Shown: positions 23,689-34,400 of the stretch, in pieces
Layout of the letters: each line of letters begins with the position of its first letter
How positions within the stretch are numbered: position 1 is the first letter of the stretch
Assembly (NCBI GenBank): GCA_919901855.1
Contig: CAKKQC010000007.1
Coordinates: 87,517-151,516 of the forward strand
Reading direction: 5' to 3'
Length of the DNA: 64,000 nt
Origin: a bacterium
GTDB lineage: Bacteria; Oederibacteriota; CAKKQC01
Position numbers and translations under genes: made by a program
The notes under the pieces: generated by a model
The model's input: the letters and a program-made list of their open reading frames with translations, nothing else
Databases searched by the model: none
What the model was told of the DNA's origin: nothing

Positions 23689-26040
23689 ATGACCCGATCC
23701 CCGACTCCCCGCCTGCTGGCCCTGCTCCTCGTGGCCGTTCCCGCGCTCTCGTTCGCCGGGTCCTGGCGCGTCGTCGAGGAGCACGGCGTGTGGTGGTTCG
23801 AGCGCGCCGACGGGACGCGCATGCTCTCGCGGGGCGTGGACTGCACGGGGCCGGGTGTGGAGGCGAAGGCGTACGATCCCGCGAAGCCGGAATACTCGTT
23901 CGCCCTCCGCAAGCGCGACACCTACGCCGACTGGCAGTCGCGAACGCTCAAGCGGTTCGACCTGTGGGGGTTCAACACGATCGCGGGCTGGTCCGATTCC
24001 CGGGTCGAGAAGGCGGGGCTCCCGTACACGCCGGTCCTGCACCTCGGCATCCAGGCGGGCGCGCCGTGGGGGGACCTCTGGGATCCCGCGTTCGGGACCA
24101 ATATCCGGCGGCTCGCCGGGGACCTCATGGCGACTCATCGCGGGGACCCGAACGTGCTCGGCTACTTCCTCGACAACGAGTTCGGGTGGGGTGACGAATG
24201 GTTCCTCGGGATCGCGCTGGGCTGGGGGTCGGAGGCGCCGGGCAAGCACCGGGTCGTCGACGTGCTCAAGGGGGTCTACCGTAACGACTGGAAGGCGTTC
24301 CTCAAGGACTTCGAGACGACGGCGAAGAACTGGGACGGCCTGCTGACGGCGACCACGACGGGCACCCGACCCGGGCGCGGCCACCGGGCGATCGACGCGT
24401 GGACGTTCGAGGTCGCGCGCAAGTATTACGCGGTCTGCGCGGGGGTGGTCCGGGAGGTGCATCCGGGGGCGCTCGTGCTGGGCGACCGTTTCCGCCAGTT
24501 CTACCCGCAGGCGGTCGCGCGCGCGGCGAGGGGACTGCTCGACGCGATCTCGACCAACTACGAGTCGACGACGACGGACGGCTGGGTCTCGCCGTGCTAC
24601 TTCCGGACCATGCACGAGCTTTCGGGGCTTCCCGTCGTGGTCGGCGAGTACTACGCGACGGCGCGGCAGAACCGGAGCGGCCTCAGGAACCACGGGGGCG
24701 AGTTCACGCTCGTGGACACCCAGACCCAGCGCGGGGTGGCGGCGGCCGCCCAGTTGCGCGCGTTCGCGTCGTTCCCGTTCGTTATCGGCTGGCACTGGTT
24801 CCAGTGGTGCGACGAGCCCACCTTCGGGCGCGGGGACGGCGAGGACTACAACATGGGGCTCGTCGACATCTACGACGAGCCGTACGCGGACTTCCTCGCC
24901 GCGGTGGTCCCGGCGAACCGGGAGGCCGACCGCATCCACGCGGCGGCGCGGGAGCCGGCGGCGCCGTCCCTCCCCGTCTCCGTGCGGCGACAGACGGGGC
25001 TGGTCGCCGACGGGAAACTCGGCGACTGGGACAAGTCGAGGCCGGTGCCCCGGGCGCTGATCAAGACCGATTCGCCGCTCGTGCCGTTCGGGGACGTCTT
25101 CCTGGCCTGGGACGACGCGAACCTCTGGATCGCGGTGCGGGCCTACGATTTCACGATCCCGGCCCGGGTCGCGCCGGACCCCCGGGACGCCGCGAGCTGG
25201 GGCGAGTTGCACCGGATCTCGGCGCGCGTGGACGACTGGCGGTGCCGGGCGGCGACGGGGAAGGTGTCGAGCGGGAAGAAGGACGACGAGGGCCGTTCCG
25301 TGCTCTACGCCGTGCCGCCCGCCCGGGGGAGCTGGTCCGGCGCCCTGTCCTCGTGGGTCGATGCGTGGCACTACGTCTGGGAGATCGCGGTTCCGGCCGA
25401 GGCGCTCGGCGGCACCCCGGTCCCGGGCCGGAAGTACCGGCTCGCGCTCGTGATCGAGAACCGTGGCGACTTCGAGAAGATGTGGCTGGATTTCGACATC
25501 GAGCTCGAGGGCCGGCCGGAGCCCGCCCGGGAGCGGTCGTACTGGTATCCCGCGGACGAGCCGATGCCGGTCCGGGACGAGCCCGCCATCCGCGTGATCT
25601 CCCCGCCTCCGCCGCTCGAGGGGGGCCCGCTGGACGACACCCGTCCCAGGTACCGGAGTCCGGTGCGGCCGGTCGCGCCGGCGGGGGCGGGTCCGGTGGC
25701 TCCGCCGGGCGTGGCGCCCGCCGACGACCGCGGGCCTACCATGCATGTACCGAAGAAGGTGGTCCGGCCCCCGGGGACGAAGCCGGGAGCTAAGCCCGTC
25801 GCCCCTCCGCCGGCCGTCACTCCTGTGACGCCTCCGCCGACGGAGTCTGCCGCGGACGAGGGGACGACGGGGCCTGCGACGGAGCCCGCGGCGAAGCCAC
25901 CGGCGGACAAGGGCAAACCGGCGAAGGAGAAACACGAACCAGAGAAGCCGGCTACGCCCGAGACGAAGTCACCGGTGGATGAAACCAAAGTGGTGCCGGG
26001 GAATCCGCCTGCCGAGAACCCCGGGCAGGCCGCGCCGTAG
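23689..26040 (+). CDS. Secreted glycoside hydrolase (clan GH-A-like TIM barrel) with C-terminal CBM9/DOMON-like domain and Pro/Ala/Thr/Lys-rich tail
   Basis: Track ORF; signal peptide; LGYFLDNEFGW (acid/base NE) and VVVGEYYAT (nucleophile-like); LVADGKLGDWDKS...FLAWDDANLWIAVRAYD CBM9-like; last ~150 aa low-complexity. Confidence 0.65.
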   Translation: MTRSPTPRLLALLLVAVPALSFAGSWRVVEEHGVWWFERADGTRMLSRGVDCTGPGVEAKAYDPAKPEYSFALRKRDTYADWQSRTLKRFDLWGFNTIAGWSDSRVEKAGLPYTPVLHLGIQAGAPWGDLWDPAFGTNIRRLAGDLMATHRGDPNVLGYFLDNEFGWGDEWFLGIALGWGSEAPGKHRVVDVLKGVYRNDWKAFLKDFETTAKNWDGLLTATTTGTRPGRGHRAIDAWTFEVARKYYAVCAGVVREVHPGALVLGDRFRQFYPQAVARAARGLLDAISTNYESTTTDGWVSPCYFRTMHELSGLPVVVGEYYATARQNRSGLRNHGGEFTLVDTQTQRGVAAAAQLRAFASFPFVIGWHWFQWCDEPTFGRGDGEDYNMGLVDIYDEPYADFLAAVVPANREADRIHAAAREPAAPSLPVSVRRQTGLVADGKLGDWDKSRPVPRALIKTDSPLVPFGDVFLAWDDANLWIAVRAYDFTIPARVAPDPRDAASWGELHRISARVDDWRCRAATGKVSSGKKDDEGRSVLYAVPPARGSWSGALSSWVDAWHYVWEIAVPAEALGGTPVPGRKYRLALVIENRGDFEKMWLDFDIELEGRPEPARERSYWYPADEPMPVRDEPAIRVISPPPPLEGGPLDDTRPRYRSPVRPVAPAGAGPVAPPGVAPADDRGPTMHVPKKVVRPPGTKPGAKPVAPPPAVTPVTPPPTESAADEGTTGPATEPAAKPPADKGKPAKEKHEPEKPATPETKSPVDETKVVPGNPPAENPGQAAP

Positions 26041-26098
26041 GGGACGTACTTTCAATTCTGCGATTATCCCGAGAATCGCAGAATTGAAAGTACGTCCC
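26041..26098. terminator. Perfect 25-bp inverted repeat with 8-nt loop exactly filling the gap between convergent stop codons (bidirectional terminator or REP-like element)
   Basis: gggacgtactttcaattctgcgatt-atcccgag-aatcgcagaattgaaagtacgtccc; ~40% GC in a ~70% GC context. Confidence 0.45.
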
Positions 26099-27256
26099 TC
26101 AATAACGGTCGGCGCAGAGGGTGTAAGGGAGCGCGGGCGGGAAGAGCGCCGAGAGCGGCTCTACCGCGTCACCTGGAATCCTGACCCCGGGCTCCAACAT
26201 CGCGTCCCCGACGGTCCGGTACCCGATCAGCAGCTGGGTCAGGATGCCCTGCGGAATCGTGGCCCGCAGGCCGGAGGCGCCGGGCAGGACCCGCACCCGC
26301 CCGTCTGCCGCCGCCAGCCGGACCTCGCCGAGCTCGCACCCGATCCGGACGGCGAACTGCGACCGCGCCAGTCCCGAGGCCCGCAGCCGCCGCGTCAGCT
26401 CACCCTCGCAGTCGCGGAAGGTCTTCTCGAGGCACATGATCCGCGCCATCCCGTCGCCGTTCCGCCAGTAGTGGAGCGTGACGTCGAGCGCGAACCGCCT
26501 CAGGTACCGGGCGTAGGCGTGGTCGGGCGGGACATGAAGCGTCATGTCGGGAACCCGTCGCGCCTTCGCCCGCTTCGCGAACTCGGCCGCGAGGGCGGGA
26601 AACACCTCGGGGGTCCGGTAGCCGGCCTCGGTCACGATCAGGGCCTTCCGGTCCTGGTCGTTGACGCCGTAGCCCTCGACGCGTCCGCCGCGGAGTACGA
26701 CAAACGACTCCGCCCGGCGGAACCACCACGAGCCCAGGCGGAACCCCCGCCAGTGGCGGGCCGGGGGGCGCACGACCGAGAGTGGGCGAAGCGCCTCGTT
26801 GGCGGCGTAGAGGGCGAGGACCTGGGATCCGTGCCGGTCGCGATTGAACGGCACGATGCGGTAGCCGGCCGGCATCGTCGAAGGCGCGGCGCCGGTCGCG
26901 AGCTTGAGCCGCGGCTCCGGGATCGCCTGCGCGTAGCCCCAGCGATGGTAGAAGTTCGGGATGCCGAAGAGCGCCGTGAGGTGAAAACCGTCCCGTTCCA
27001 TGATTTCGAGGCACTTGAGCATGCAGAGCGAGGAGTAGCCCTTGTTCCGGTGCTCCTTGGCCGTGCCCACGCCCCCGATGCCGCCGACGCGGAGCCGGGC
27101 CTCCCCGACGCGCATGATGAAGTGGTTGATCATGATCCAACTCACCTTATCCGCGCGGTGGTAGAGGTTCACGACGGTCATGGGCCACCGGCCTTCCCTA
27201 TGAATGTAGAAGGCGAGGTCGGGGCCGAGCCGGCTGTCGGGGGAGGCGTGTACCAT
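26099..27256 (-). CDS. GNAT-family N-acetyltransferase, Eis-like (second copy in window)
   Basis: Track ORF; RVGGIGGVGTAKEHRNKGYSSLCMLKCLEIMERDG acetyl-CoA motif. The true start may be the internal Met (MTVVNLYHRADK). Confidence 0.7.
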   Translation of the reverse strand: MVHASPDSRLGPDLAFYIHREGRWPMTVVNLYHRADKVSWIMINHFIMRVGEARLRVGGIGGVGTAKEHRNKGYSSLCMLKCLEIMERDGFHLTALFGIPNFYHRWGYAQAIPEPRLKLATGAAPSTMPAGYRIVPFNRDRHGSQVLALYAANEALRPLSVVRPPARHWRGFRLGSWWFRRAESFVVLRGGRVEGYGVNDQDRKALIVTEAGYRTPEVFPALAAEFAKRAKARRVPDMTLHVPPDHAYARYLRRFALDVTLHYWRNGDGMARIMCLEKTFRDCEGELTRRLRASGLARSQFAVRIGCELGEVRLAAADGRVRVLPGASGLRATIPQGILTQLLIGYRTVGDAMLEPGVRIPGDAVEPLSALFPPALPYTLCADRY

Positions 27257-27333
27257 GGGTCCTATGGTACGCCTTCGGCCCGGATCGTCTCGCGAGTGGA
27301 GCGGCTGAACTGGTCGCCGCCCTGCTGGTCGCC

Positions 27334-29970
27334 ATGACCGCGTTCGCGGCTCCGCATGCCGCTTTCTACGTCGCGACGACGGGGAACGACGGCTGGACGG
27401 GGAAGCTGGCGGCGCCGAACGCGGCGGCCACCGACGGCCCGTTCGCGACGCTCGACCGCGCCCGGCGGGCGGTCCGGGAGCTCAAGACGAAAGGGAAGAA
27501 GCCGGTCACGGTCCTGATCCGGGGCGGGACCTACGAGCTGTCCGCCCCCGTCGTCTTCGAGCCCGGAGACTCCGGGACCGCGAAGGCGCCGGTCATGTAT
27601 GCCGCCTTCCCGGGCGAGACCCCGGTCCTGAGCGGTGGGACCCGGATCGCGGGATGGACGGTCACGACGGGCGGCCGGTGGGAGGCGAAGCTCGCCTCTC
27701 CGTGGGATTTCAGCCAGCTCTGGGTCGGCGGCACCCGGCGGTTTCGGCCCCGGCTCCCGCGCGAGGGCACCTTCTACCTGGCCGGTGGCCTGCCGCCGTC
27801 GCCCGCGGCCAGGGGCGTTGGGTTCGACCGGGTCAGGGTCTTCCCGGGAGACGTACCGGAGTTGTTGCGGCCGGGCGAGGTCGAGGTCTGCGTCTTCCAC
27901 AAGTGGGTCATGCCAAGGATGCGAATCGGCTCCCTCGACCGGGCCCGGGGTGTGCTCCCGTTCGCAGCGCCGTTCGGCGTGGACCAGGACTGGGCCGAGT
28001 TCAGCCGCGGCGACCGGTACTTCCTCGACAACGTCCGGGAGGCGCTCGGCGCGCCCGGCGACTGGTACCTCGACGCCGAAGGCGGCACGATCACGTACGT
28101 CCCCCTCCCGGGCGAGGCGCCGGACTCCACCGAGGTCGTGGCCCCGCGCCTGCCGCGGCTCCTCGAGCTTCGCGGGGACCCGGCGGCGAAGGCGTGGGTG
28201 CGCGGACTCGAGTTCCGGGGGCTCACGCTCGCGCACACGAACTGGACCTGCCCGCCCGAAGGCCACGGCACGGGTCAGGCGGAGGTGGACCTCGGCGGTG
28301 CCGTCACGGCCCGGGGCGCCCGGGACTGCGCATTCACGGACTGCACGGTCGTCCATACGGGCGAATACGGGCTCGAGCTGGTGGAGGGATGCCGGAACGT
28401 CGCGGTCACCCGGTGCGTCCTGGCCGATCTCGGCGGCGGGGGGATCAAGATCGGGACCTTCCGGTGGGGCTCGTCCGGCGGTCCGGAGACGGAGACCGGC
28501 TGGATCACGGTGCGTGACTGCGCGCTCGCGCACGGCGGCCGGATGCATCCCGCGGCCGTCGGGATCCTTATCGGCCACTCGCCGCACAACACGATCGACC
28601 ACGATGACATCGACGACTTCTTCTACACGGGCATCTCCGTGGGCTGGTCGTGGGGCTACGGCCCCAGCGCCGCCCACCACAACGCCGTGACCGCGAACCG
28701 GGTCGGCGGGATCGGGCAGGAACAGCTCTCGGACATGGGCGGCATCTACACGCTGGGCACCGGCGCCGGAAACGTCGTCCGCGACAACGTCTTCCATGAC
28801 ATCGCCGCGTTCGACTACGGCGGCTGGGGCATCTACTTCGACGAGGGCTCGACGGGCATGGTGGCCGAGCGGAACCTCGTGTACCGGACAAAGAGCGCGG
28901 GGTTCCACCAGCACTACGGCCGGGACAACATCGTGCGGAACAACATCTTCGCCTACGGCACCGAGGCCGTGCTCATGCGCACGCGCGCCGAGCCCCACCG
29001 GTCGTTCACGTTGGAGCGGAACCTCGTCGTCGCGAACGGCTCGCCGCTGCTCGGGAGCAACTGGTCGGGTACCGGGTACGCGATCGACCGCAACCTATAC
29101 TGGGACGAGGCCGGTCCGCCGGCGGGACCGCGGCGGGGCGTTACGTGGGACCAGTGGCGCGCGGCGGGGCACGACCGGCACTCGATCGTGGCCGATCCCG
29201 GGTTCCGGGACCCCGGGCACGGCGACTTCCGGCTGAAGCCGGGGTCACCGGCCGCGAAGATCGGGTTCAAGGCATTCGATACCTCGAAGGCGGGGCGGCG
29301 GGGCGGACCCATCGTGCCAGAAGCCGGGCCGGTCTTCCCGTGGCCGGCCGCCCGGCACGGCGTGCTTCCCGTCAGCGAAGACTTCGAGGATTCGGAGCCG
29401 GGGGAGAAGGCCTCCGGGCTCGTGACCTTCGAAGACGAGGGGGCGACGGCCCGGGTCACGGAGGAGACGGCGGCGTCGGGCAAACGCAGCCTCTTATTCG
29501 TGAAGGCTGCGAACCAGCCTCAGCCGCACGACTACAACCCCCACGCGTACTGGGAGCCGGGCTTCACCTCGGGCGAAGTGTCCGGCCGGTTCTCGGTTCG
29601 GCTCGCGCCGGGCGCCACGTTCGCCCATGAGTGGCGGGACACCACGGGGCCGGGGAAGGGCGGGAGCTGGTACCGGGTCGGGCCGTCGCTCTACGTGGGC
29701 GGCGACGGGGTGCTCCAGGCGAACGGGAAGCGGCTGGACGCGCTCCCTGCCAACGCGTGGGTCGCCATCGAGATCCGGTACACGCTGGGGACGGCGACCT
29801 ACACGATGACGGTGACCCCGCCCGGTGGTCGGGTCCTCCGCTACGCCGATCTGGCCTGCACGGAGCCGATCGCGAAGCTCACCTGGTGGGGGTTCATGGC
29901 CCTTGGGACCCGGCCGGGGCCCGCCTTCTTCCTCGACGACGTCTCGCTCGCCCCCGCGTCAAAACCGTAG
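27334..29970 (+). CDS. Right-handed parallel beta-helix repeat protein (pectate-lyase-like fold; candidate polysaccharide lyase/GH)
   Basis: Track ORF; [14 protein letters not shown]...PFATLDRA N-terminal signature; repeated G..N..I.N beta-helix turns. A hydrophobic stretch AAELVAALLVA lies in-frame upstream without a canonical start. Confidence 0.7.
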   Translation: MTAFAAPHAAFYVATTGNDGWTGKLAAPNAAATDGPFATLDRARRAVRELKTKGKKPVTVLIRGGTYELSAPVVFEPGDSGTAKAPVMYAAFPGETPVLSGGTRIAGWTVTTGGRWEAKLASPWDFSQLWVGGTRRFRPRLPREGTFYLAGGLPPSPAARGVGFDRVRVFPGDVPELLRPGEVEVCVFHKWVMPRMRIGSLDRARGVLPFAAPFGVDQDWAEFSRGDRYFLDNVREALGAPGDWYLDAEGGTITYVPLPGEAPDSTEVVAPRLPRLLELRGDPAAKAWVRGLEFRGLTLAHTNWTCPPEGHGTGQAEVDLGGAVTARGARDCAFTDCTVVHTGEYGLELVEGCRNVAVTRCVLADLGGGGIKIGTFRWGSSGGPETETGWITVRDCALAHGGRMHPAAVGILIGHSPHNTIDHDDIDDFFYTGISVGWSWGYGPSAAHHNAVTANRVGGIGQEQLSDMGGIYTLGTGAGNVVRDNVFHDIAAFDYGGWGIYFDEGSTGMVAERNLVYRTKSAGFHQHYGRDNIVRNNIFAYGTEAVLMRTRAEPHRSFTLERNLVVANGSPLLGSNWSGTGYAIDRNLYWDEAGPPAGPRRGVTWDQWRAAGHDRHSIVADPGFRDPGHGDFRLKPGSPAAKIGFKAFDTSKAGRRGGPIVPEAGPVFPWPAARHGVLPVSEDFEDSEPGEKASGLVTFEDEGATARVTEETAASGKRSLLFVKAANQPQPHDYNPHAYWEPGFTSGEVSGRFSVRLAPGATFAHEWRDTTGPGKGGSWYRVGPSLYVGGDGVLQANGKRLDALPANAWVAIEIRYTLGTATYTMTVTPPGGRVLRYADLACTEPIAKLTWWGFMALGTRPGPAFFLDDVSLAPASKP

Positions 29971-30369
29971 GGGTTTTCGCAGCTCCTTCGTCTCCGCGTG
30001 CCGGTGCTTCTCGCGGAGCATCTTCTCCTTGGCCCGCTTCGACCGCTTGCGCTTCTGCTTCCGGATCTTCCAGATGGCCTGCTGTTTCGCCGAGGCTTCG
30101 CCCTTCACGCGGGATTCGATCTCATCCACGAGCCGGCGGCGGGCGAGGAACCGGTTGATGCCCTGCGACCGCTCGGACTGGCAACGCACCGAGAGGCCCG
30201 TCGGCTTGTGGACGAGGATGACGAGCGTCTCGACCTTGTTCACGTTCTGCCCACCGGGCCCGGAGGACCGGCCGAAGGACTCCTCGAAGTCTGATTCCCT
30301 GATCCCGAGTTCGTCCATCTTGGCCTGGAGCTCGCGCAGCTTGGATTCGGATACGGGAAACGCTTGCAC
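29959..30369 (-). CDS. arfB: Peptidyl-tRNA hydrolase ArfB (alternative ribosome-rescue factor B)
   Basis: C-terminal part of track ORF 29959..30903 from GTG at 30369 ([22 protein letters not shown]). GGQ motif [14 protein letters not shown] and basic C-tail [22 protein letters not shown]; ~136 aa. Confidence 0.75.
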   Translation of the reverse strand: MQAFPVSESKLRELQAKMDELGIRESDFEESFGRSSGPGGQNVNKVETLVILVHKPTGLSVRCQSERSQGINRFLARRRLVDEIESRVKGEASAKQQAIWKIRKQKRKRSKRAKEKMLREKHRHAETKELRKPLRF

Positions 30370-30371
30370 GG

Positions 30372-31451
30372 TCAGTCGCTCACCGCGCGGAGGACCGCGT
30401 CCGCGGCGGCGCGGTCGGGGACTTCGAGGCCGAGCAGGAACCGGTTGAGCTTCTTCCCGAACTCGCGCTTCATTGCCGCAAGCTTCTCGGGGGGGAACCA
30501 GTCGGAGAGCATGACCATCCGGCCGGCGTCCACGGTCTTGTGGTAGATCGGCCACCACTGCGGATGCCATGCCGGGGTGGCCGCGGCCCCGGGCGTCCAT
30601 TGGAGCATCCGAATTCCGGGCACCGACAGGAGGTGGTCGTGGTGCGGGACCGCGCCGGGGCCGTCCCAGTGGTAGAGGACGAAATCGAGCCGTTCGGTCA
30701 TTCTGCGGAGCACGGGGACCATGAAATCCCCGAACATGGCGGGCGAGATCATGGCGGAGAAGTCGCACTGGAGCTTGGCGCACCGGCCCGGCGCCCATAC
30801 CCAGAAATGGGTCCCGCCGCGCTCGTCCTTGAGGAGGTTGTAGAGGGGGTCGTAGTACGCGAAATACAGGTCCGTGATCTTGTCGAGGCAGTCGTGGACC
30901 CACGCCGGCTGGTCGATCAGGTCAGCGAGAAGGGCCTCGCCGCCACGCATGGCCGCGAGCGTGTCGAGCCCCTCGATGATGTCCGGGTATTGGACGAGGA
31001 ACCTGCCCTTCCCGGCGCGCACGAGCTCGGTCGCGAGCCGGACCGTGAAGTCCCAGTAGAAGTTGTGGGGATCGTACCGGAAGGCCGCGGCCTCGGGACT
31101 GGCCATGCACGGCTCGAACCAGACCGTCCCCGGCATCTCGACGCCCCGGCATCCGAGGTAGAGGGCGAGGCAGTTGGGGCCGAGGTCCGCGGCCGTGACC
31201 GGCATCGACTCGCAGAGGTGGTCGTGCCAGAGGGACTCGCGAAGGCCCGCGTTCACCCGGTACTCGAAGCTCTTGGTCGAGTAGTGCGTGACCCAGCCGT
31301 CCGGGGTGGGCAGGGCGGGAACATCGGCCCACGGCTTCTCACGCCTCGCCTTGAGGAGCAGGGCCGGCCGGCCGAGATCGCCGCCGTTCCACCACGCGGC
31401 CAAACGGTCCCGGGCTGCGTCCGCGTCGGGCCGGTACTCGAGTCCGCTCAT
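30372..31451 (-). CDS. Hypothetical protein (unknown family), translationally coupled to the GH92 gene
   Basis: Lower part of track ORF 30372..34637 from ATG 31451 ([24 protein letters not shown]); its ATG overlaps the GH92 stop (ATGA). Confidence 0.6.
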   Translation of the reverse strand: MSGLEYRPDADAARDRLAAWWNGGDLGRPALLLKARREKPWADVPALPTPDGWVTHYSTKSFEYRVNAGLRESLWHDHLCESMPVTAADLGPNCLALYLGCRGVEMPGTVWFEPCMASPEAAAFRYDPHNFYWDFTVRLATELVRAGKGRFLVQYPDIIEGLDTLAAMRGGEALLADLIDQPAWVHDCLDKITDLYFAYYDPLYNLLKDERGGTHFWVWAPGRCAKLQCDFSAMISPAMFGDFMVPVLRRMTERLDFVLYHWDGPGAVPHHDHLLSVPGIRMLQWTPGAAATPAWHPQWWPIYHKTVDAGRMVMLSDWFPPEKLAAMKREFGKKLNRFLLGLEVPDRAAADAVLRAVSD

Positions 31452-34400
31452 TTCGAGTAGAGGTTCTTGCGCGGGACGATGCCCTTCGGGATGGTGGGGC
31501 CGGACCAGCGCAGGTCGCACTGCGCCGTGTACGTGTTCTCGAAGAACTCCATCCAGATCTCGTAGACCTTCCCGGATTCCATGAACACGGTGCCTGAGTG
31601 CTCGCCCGGTCGCTGGTCGTGCCACTCGTTCACGATCTTCCTGCCGTCCACCCAGAGCCGGACGCCGTCGTCCGTGAACGTGTAGAACGTCCAGACGCCG
31701 GTCTCCTCGGCCCGTACCCGGCCGCGCCACCGGACGCTGAACTTCTCCGGCGGCACCGCGGGGTCCGGAGAGTTCTCGCCCCAGTTGAAGTTGATCTCGG
31801 GGTCGATGCGCCGGATCGAGTGCCCGGTGAGGTCCATGCGGTCGAAGTAATCGGCCCGGAGGCCGTCGCCCTCGGGCAGGACCATTAGCCGCGCGGGCGC
31901 CATCACGTTGGGCCTGGTGGCCCGGTCGCGCACGTTCTTGACGTCGAGCCGGCAGGTGCGATTCGCCGGCGGCGCGGTGGCCAGCTCGAGAGTCACGCTC
32001 CGGCCGTCCGTCGCGACCTTGAGGTCGCGGACCTGGAGGGGAGGATAAAAGGCGTAGTTCGGGGCGGACTTCGCGCTCGCCACCTCGACGGGCTCGGAGA
32101 AGCCCACGATCACGGAGGCCACCTGGTTCCCGGCGGTCGCGCGCTGGAGGAGGGCGGAGGTGGCCGCCGGCGCCGTCCGGTCCGGCTCCACGAAGAGCGT
32201 GGCTCCCCGGCTCTCGACGCCCCCGAAGGGGGAGTGCACGACGCAGGAGAAGACCGAGCCCGCCGCGTCGAGCGGCGTCACGGGGAGGTCGAGCTGGCGG
32301 CGGACCGCGCCGGGGATGTTCTGGCCGTTGTGCCGCCACTGGTACTCGAGGGGTCCCGTGCCGCCCGCGCGAATCGAGAACCGCGAGAGGGTTCCCTCGA
32401 CGGCCGTCGTCTCCCACGGCTGTTCGCGGATCACGGGAGACCTCGGCGTGCCGCCCCACGCGCCCCGCTGCGGCCCCATCTCGCACGCGAATACGGCGCC
32501 CTTCACGAGGTCGTCGAACCGGAGGTGCGGCGTGTTCGAGGGACGGCCGTTGAGCGTCGCCCACTGGATGTAGGGATGGAGCGGGCCGTTGCGGCCGGCG
32601 CGGATCGTGAGCGCCTTGCCCGGCCAGAACGCCGGGTCGAGCGCGACAGTCACCGCGTCGAACACGGGGGACCCGATTTCGTAGTCCCCCGAACCGGGGC
32701 AGACGGGGTAGAGCCCGATCATGGACCACACGATCCACCCCGAGGTCGCTCCCGTGTCGTCGTTCCCGGGCAGGCCCCGCGGGGTCGCCTTGAACGAGCT
32801 CGCCAGGGACTCGCGCACCAGCCGTTGCGTCCGCCACGCCTCGCCGTCGGCGTAGTCGAAGAGGTACGGCCAGGCGAAGTCCGGCTCGTTCCAGAGCGCG
32901 AAGTAGCCGGAGTCCACACACTCCTGGAGTTTCTCGGTGAACGCGTCCTGGTCGCCGTACAGGGCCATGAGGCCGGGCACGTCGTGCTGGACGAAAAACG
33001 CGTACTGCCAGGCGTTGCCCTCGACGTAACCCGGCCCGCCGGAGCCGGTCTGGTTCACGGCGGGGTCGAAGGGGCTGGACCACGATCCGTCCCGGTTCCT
33101 CGGCCGCAGGAATCCCGTTCCCGCGTCGAAGAGGTTGCGGTAGCATCGTGCCCGCTCGAGCAGGGGTTCGGCCTCGGCCTTCCCGAGGTCCAGGGCGAGC
33201 CGGCCCGCGTGCCAGTCGGCGAGCGCGTACTCGAGGGTCGTCGAGACGGAGCCCCAGACCGGTCCGGCGGCGGGGTCGTCCTCGGGGATGTAGCCGTGCT
33301 TGAGGAAGGCGTCGAAACCCGGTCGCACGGGGTTCGGGGTCGCCATCGCGTTCCGCCGGACCGCCTCCCACGCGGCGTCGCGGTCGAGCCCCTTCAGGCG
33401 CTTGAGCGCGGCGTCGGCCACCACGATGGTACCGGGGTCGCCGACCATGACCCCGGTCTCGTTGCCCGCGAGCTCCCACTTGGGCAGCCAGCCTCCGTCC
33501 ACGGCCATCTCGAGCATGGACTGGACCATCGCGAGCTGGCGCGCGGGGTAGGCAAGAGTAAGGAAGGGATGCACGGTCCGGTACGTGTCCCAGAGCGAGA
33601 AGACCGAGTACTGGGCGCGCCCCGTGATCTTCCGGGGGCCGGAGCCGCGGAAGCCCGGGTACTCGCCGTTCACGTCCGAGATCACGTTCGGGTGGATGAG
33701 CATGTGGTAGAGGGCGGTGTAGAAGATCTTCCGCTGGTCGGGGGTGCCGCCCTCCGCCCGGACGCGCGAGAGCTCGGTTTCCCACGCGGCCCGGGCCCGC
33801 AGCCGGGCCCCGGGGAAATCCCAGTCCGGCAGCTCGGCCGCGAGGTTGGCGCGGGCGTTCGCGATGCTCACGTACGAGATGCCGACCTTGACCATGATCG
33901 CCTCGCTCTTGGTCGTCGCCCAGGACATCAGGGCGCCGACCTTGGGCCCGCTGGCGTCGCCCGAGTTGAGCAGGGCGCCGTCGGACCAGACCTTCGCCGA
34001 ATCGGCGGGGCGCGAGAGGACGGCGGCGAAGTGGACCCGCTGGCGGCTGGAGGAGCCGCAGAACCCGCCGCTCTCGCTCCAGCCCGCGAGCTCGGTGGTG
34101 GAGACGATCCAGACCGCGCCGAGGTACGGGCTCGCACCCCCGCCGGGATCGGGGGAGAGCCGGGACCCCATGTCGAACAGGATGTTCGCGTCCCCGTGCG
34201 GGCGGGCCGGAAACGTGAACCGCGTGAACCCGGCCCGCTCGGTGGCCGTCGCCTCGACCGCCGTTCCCCACGTCGTAAGGTCGACGCGGTAGAAGCCCGG
34301 GGCCGCGCGTTCGTTGTCGAACTGCGACCGGTACCGGTCGGGCTCGAAGCCCGACGGGCCGATCGTGGCCATGAGGCGGATGTTCCCCAGGTCGGAGCAC

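Noticed and set aside
23630-23705. Apparent 1-nt discrepancies between my reading of the printed sequence and the ORF-track translations (an extra g at the 23640/23641 line junction; one fewer c at 23700/23701)
   Set aside because: The two offsets compensate exactly over 60 nt and coincide with line breaks, so this is most likely my own character-counting error rather than real frameshifts. Track coordinates were trusted.
23650-25935. 761-aa ORF (-) antisense to the CBM9 hydrolase, plus other overlapping ORFs (23790.., 23855.., 24399..25793, 25979..27337)
   Set aside because: Arg-rich antisense or off-frame translations with no domain signatures.
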